A DNA stretch of 63,823 bases, filler included, from Octopus bimaculoides (taxonomy: Eukaryota), in NCBI RefSeq assembly GCF_001194135.2. It is 4 parts of 4 records of this genome, joined end to end, with 100 filler letters (N's around TTAATTAATTAA, not from the genome) between each part and the next. Parts side by side here need not be neighbours in the genome. Positions count along the whole stretch, not along the records: positions 61,821 to 63,823 come from NW_026385919.1; 3 more parts are not named here. One strand, 5' to 3'. Shown here piece by piece: positions 63,771-63,823 of the stretch (its first letter is position 1; each line of letters starts with the position of its first letter). A model generated the notes under the pieces. It was not told where the DNA came from. It was given only the letters and a program-made list of their open reading frames with translations, and did not search any database. Both the position numbers and the translations under genes were made by a program.

Positions 63771-63823
63771 AGAAAATTAAATTTAAATGTTGAAGTGAAT
63801 CTAACAGTTTTTGTGTGTTTTTA

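Overview
Eukaryotic, AT-rich, gap-ridden draft-assembly sequence. The repeat families (tRNA-derived SINEs with internal microsatellites, RTE-type LINE tails ending in (GAT)n, mariner elements) fit an octopus/coleoid cephalopod genome; this is recognition from memory, not a database result. No complete protein-coding gene, rRNA, tRNA gene or CRISPR array can be supported, and almost all listed ORFs are microsatellite or N-gap artefacts. Supported content: four SINE families (labelled A-D here), RTE-type LINE fragments, one stop-free L1/Tx1-type RT fragment, five mariner fragments plus one Tc1/mariner 3' end, a Gypsy 5' LTR + PBS + gag remnant, piggyBac-like and long-TIR non-autonomous elements, and many micro/minisatellites. 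Three 100-bp TTAATTAATTAA linker gaps mark joins of unknown size. Best leads: (1) a hammerhead-ribozyme-core repeat (Penelope/retrozyme-like) present as a near-perfect 207-bp inverted pair plus a diverged tandem copy at 52.2-52.8 kb; (2) four fold-back palindromes of graded divergence at 41-57 kb; (3) a switch in SINE CpG decay near 32 kb suggesting a methylated domain on the right, which also holds weak minus-strand exon candidates; (4) a 29-bp minisatellite derived from a mariner subterminal segment.
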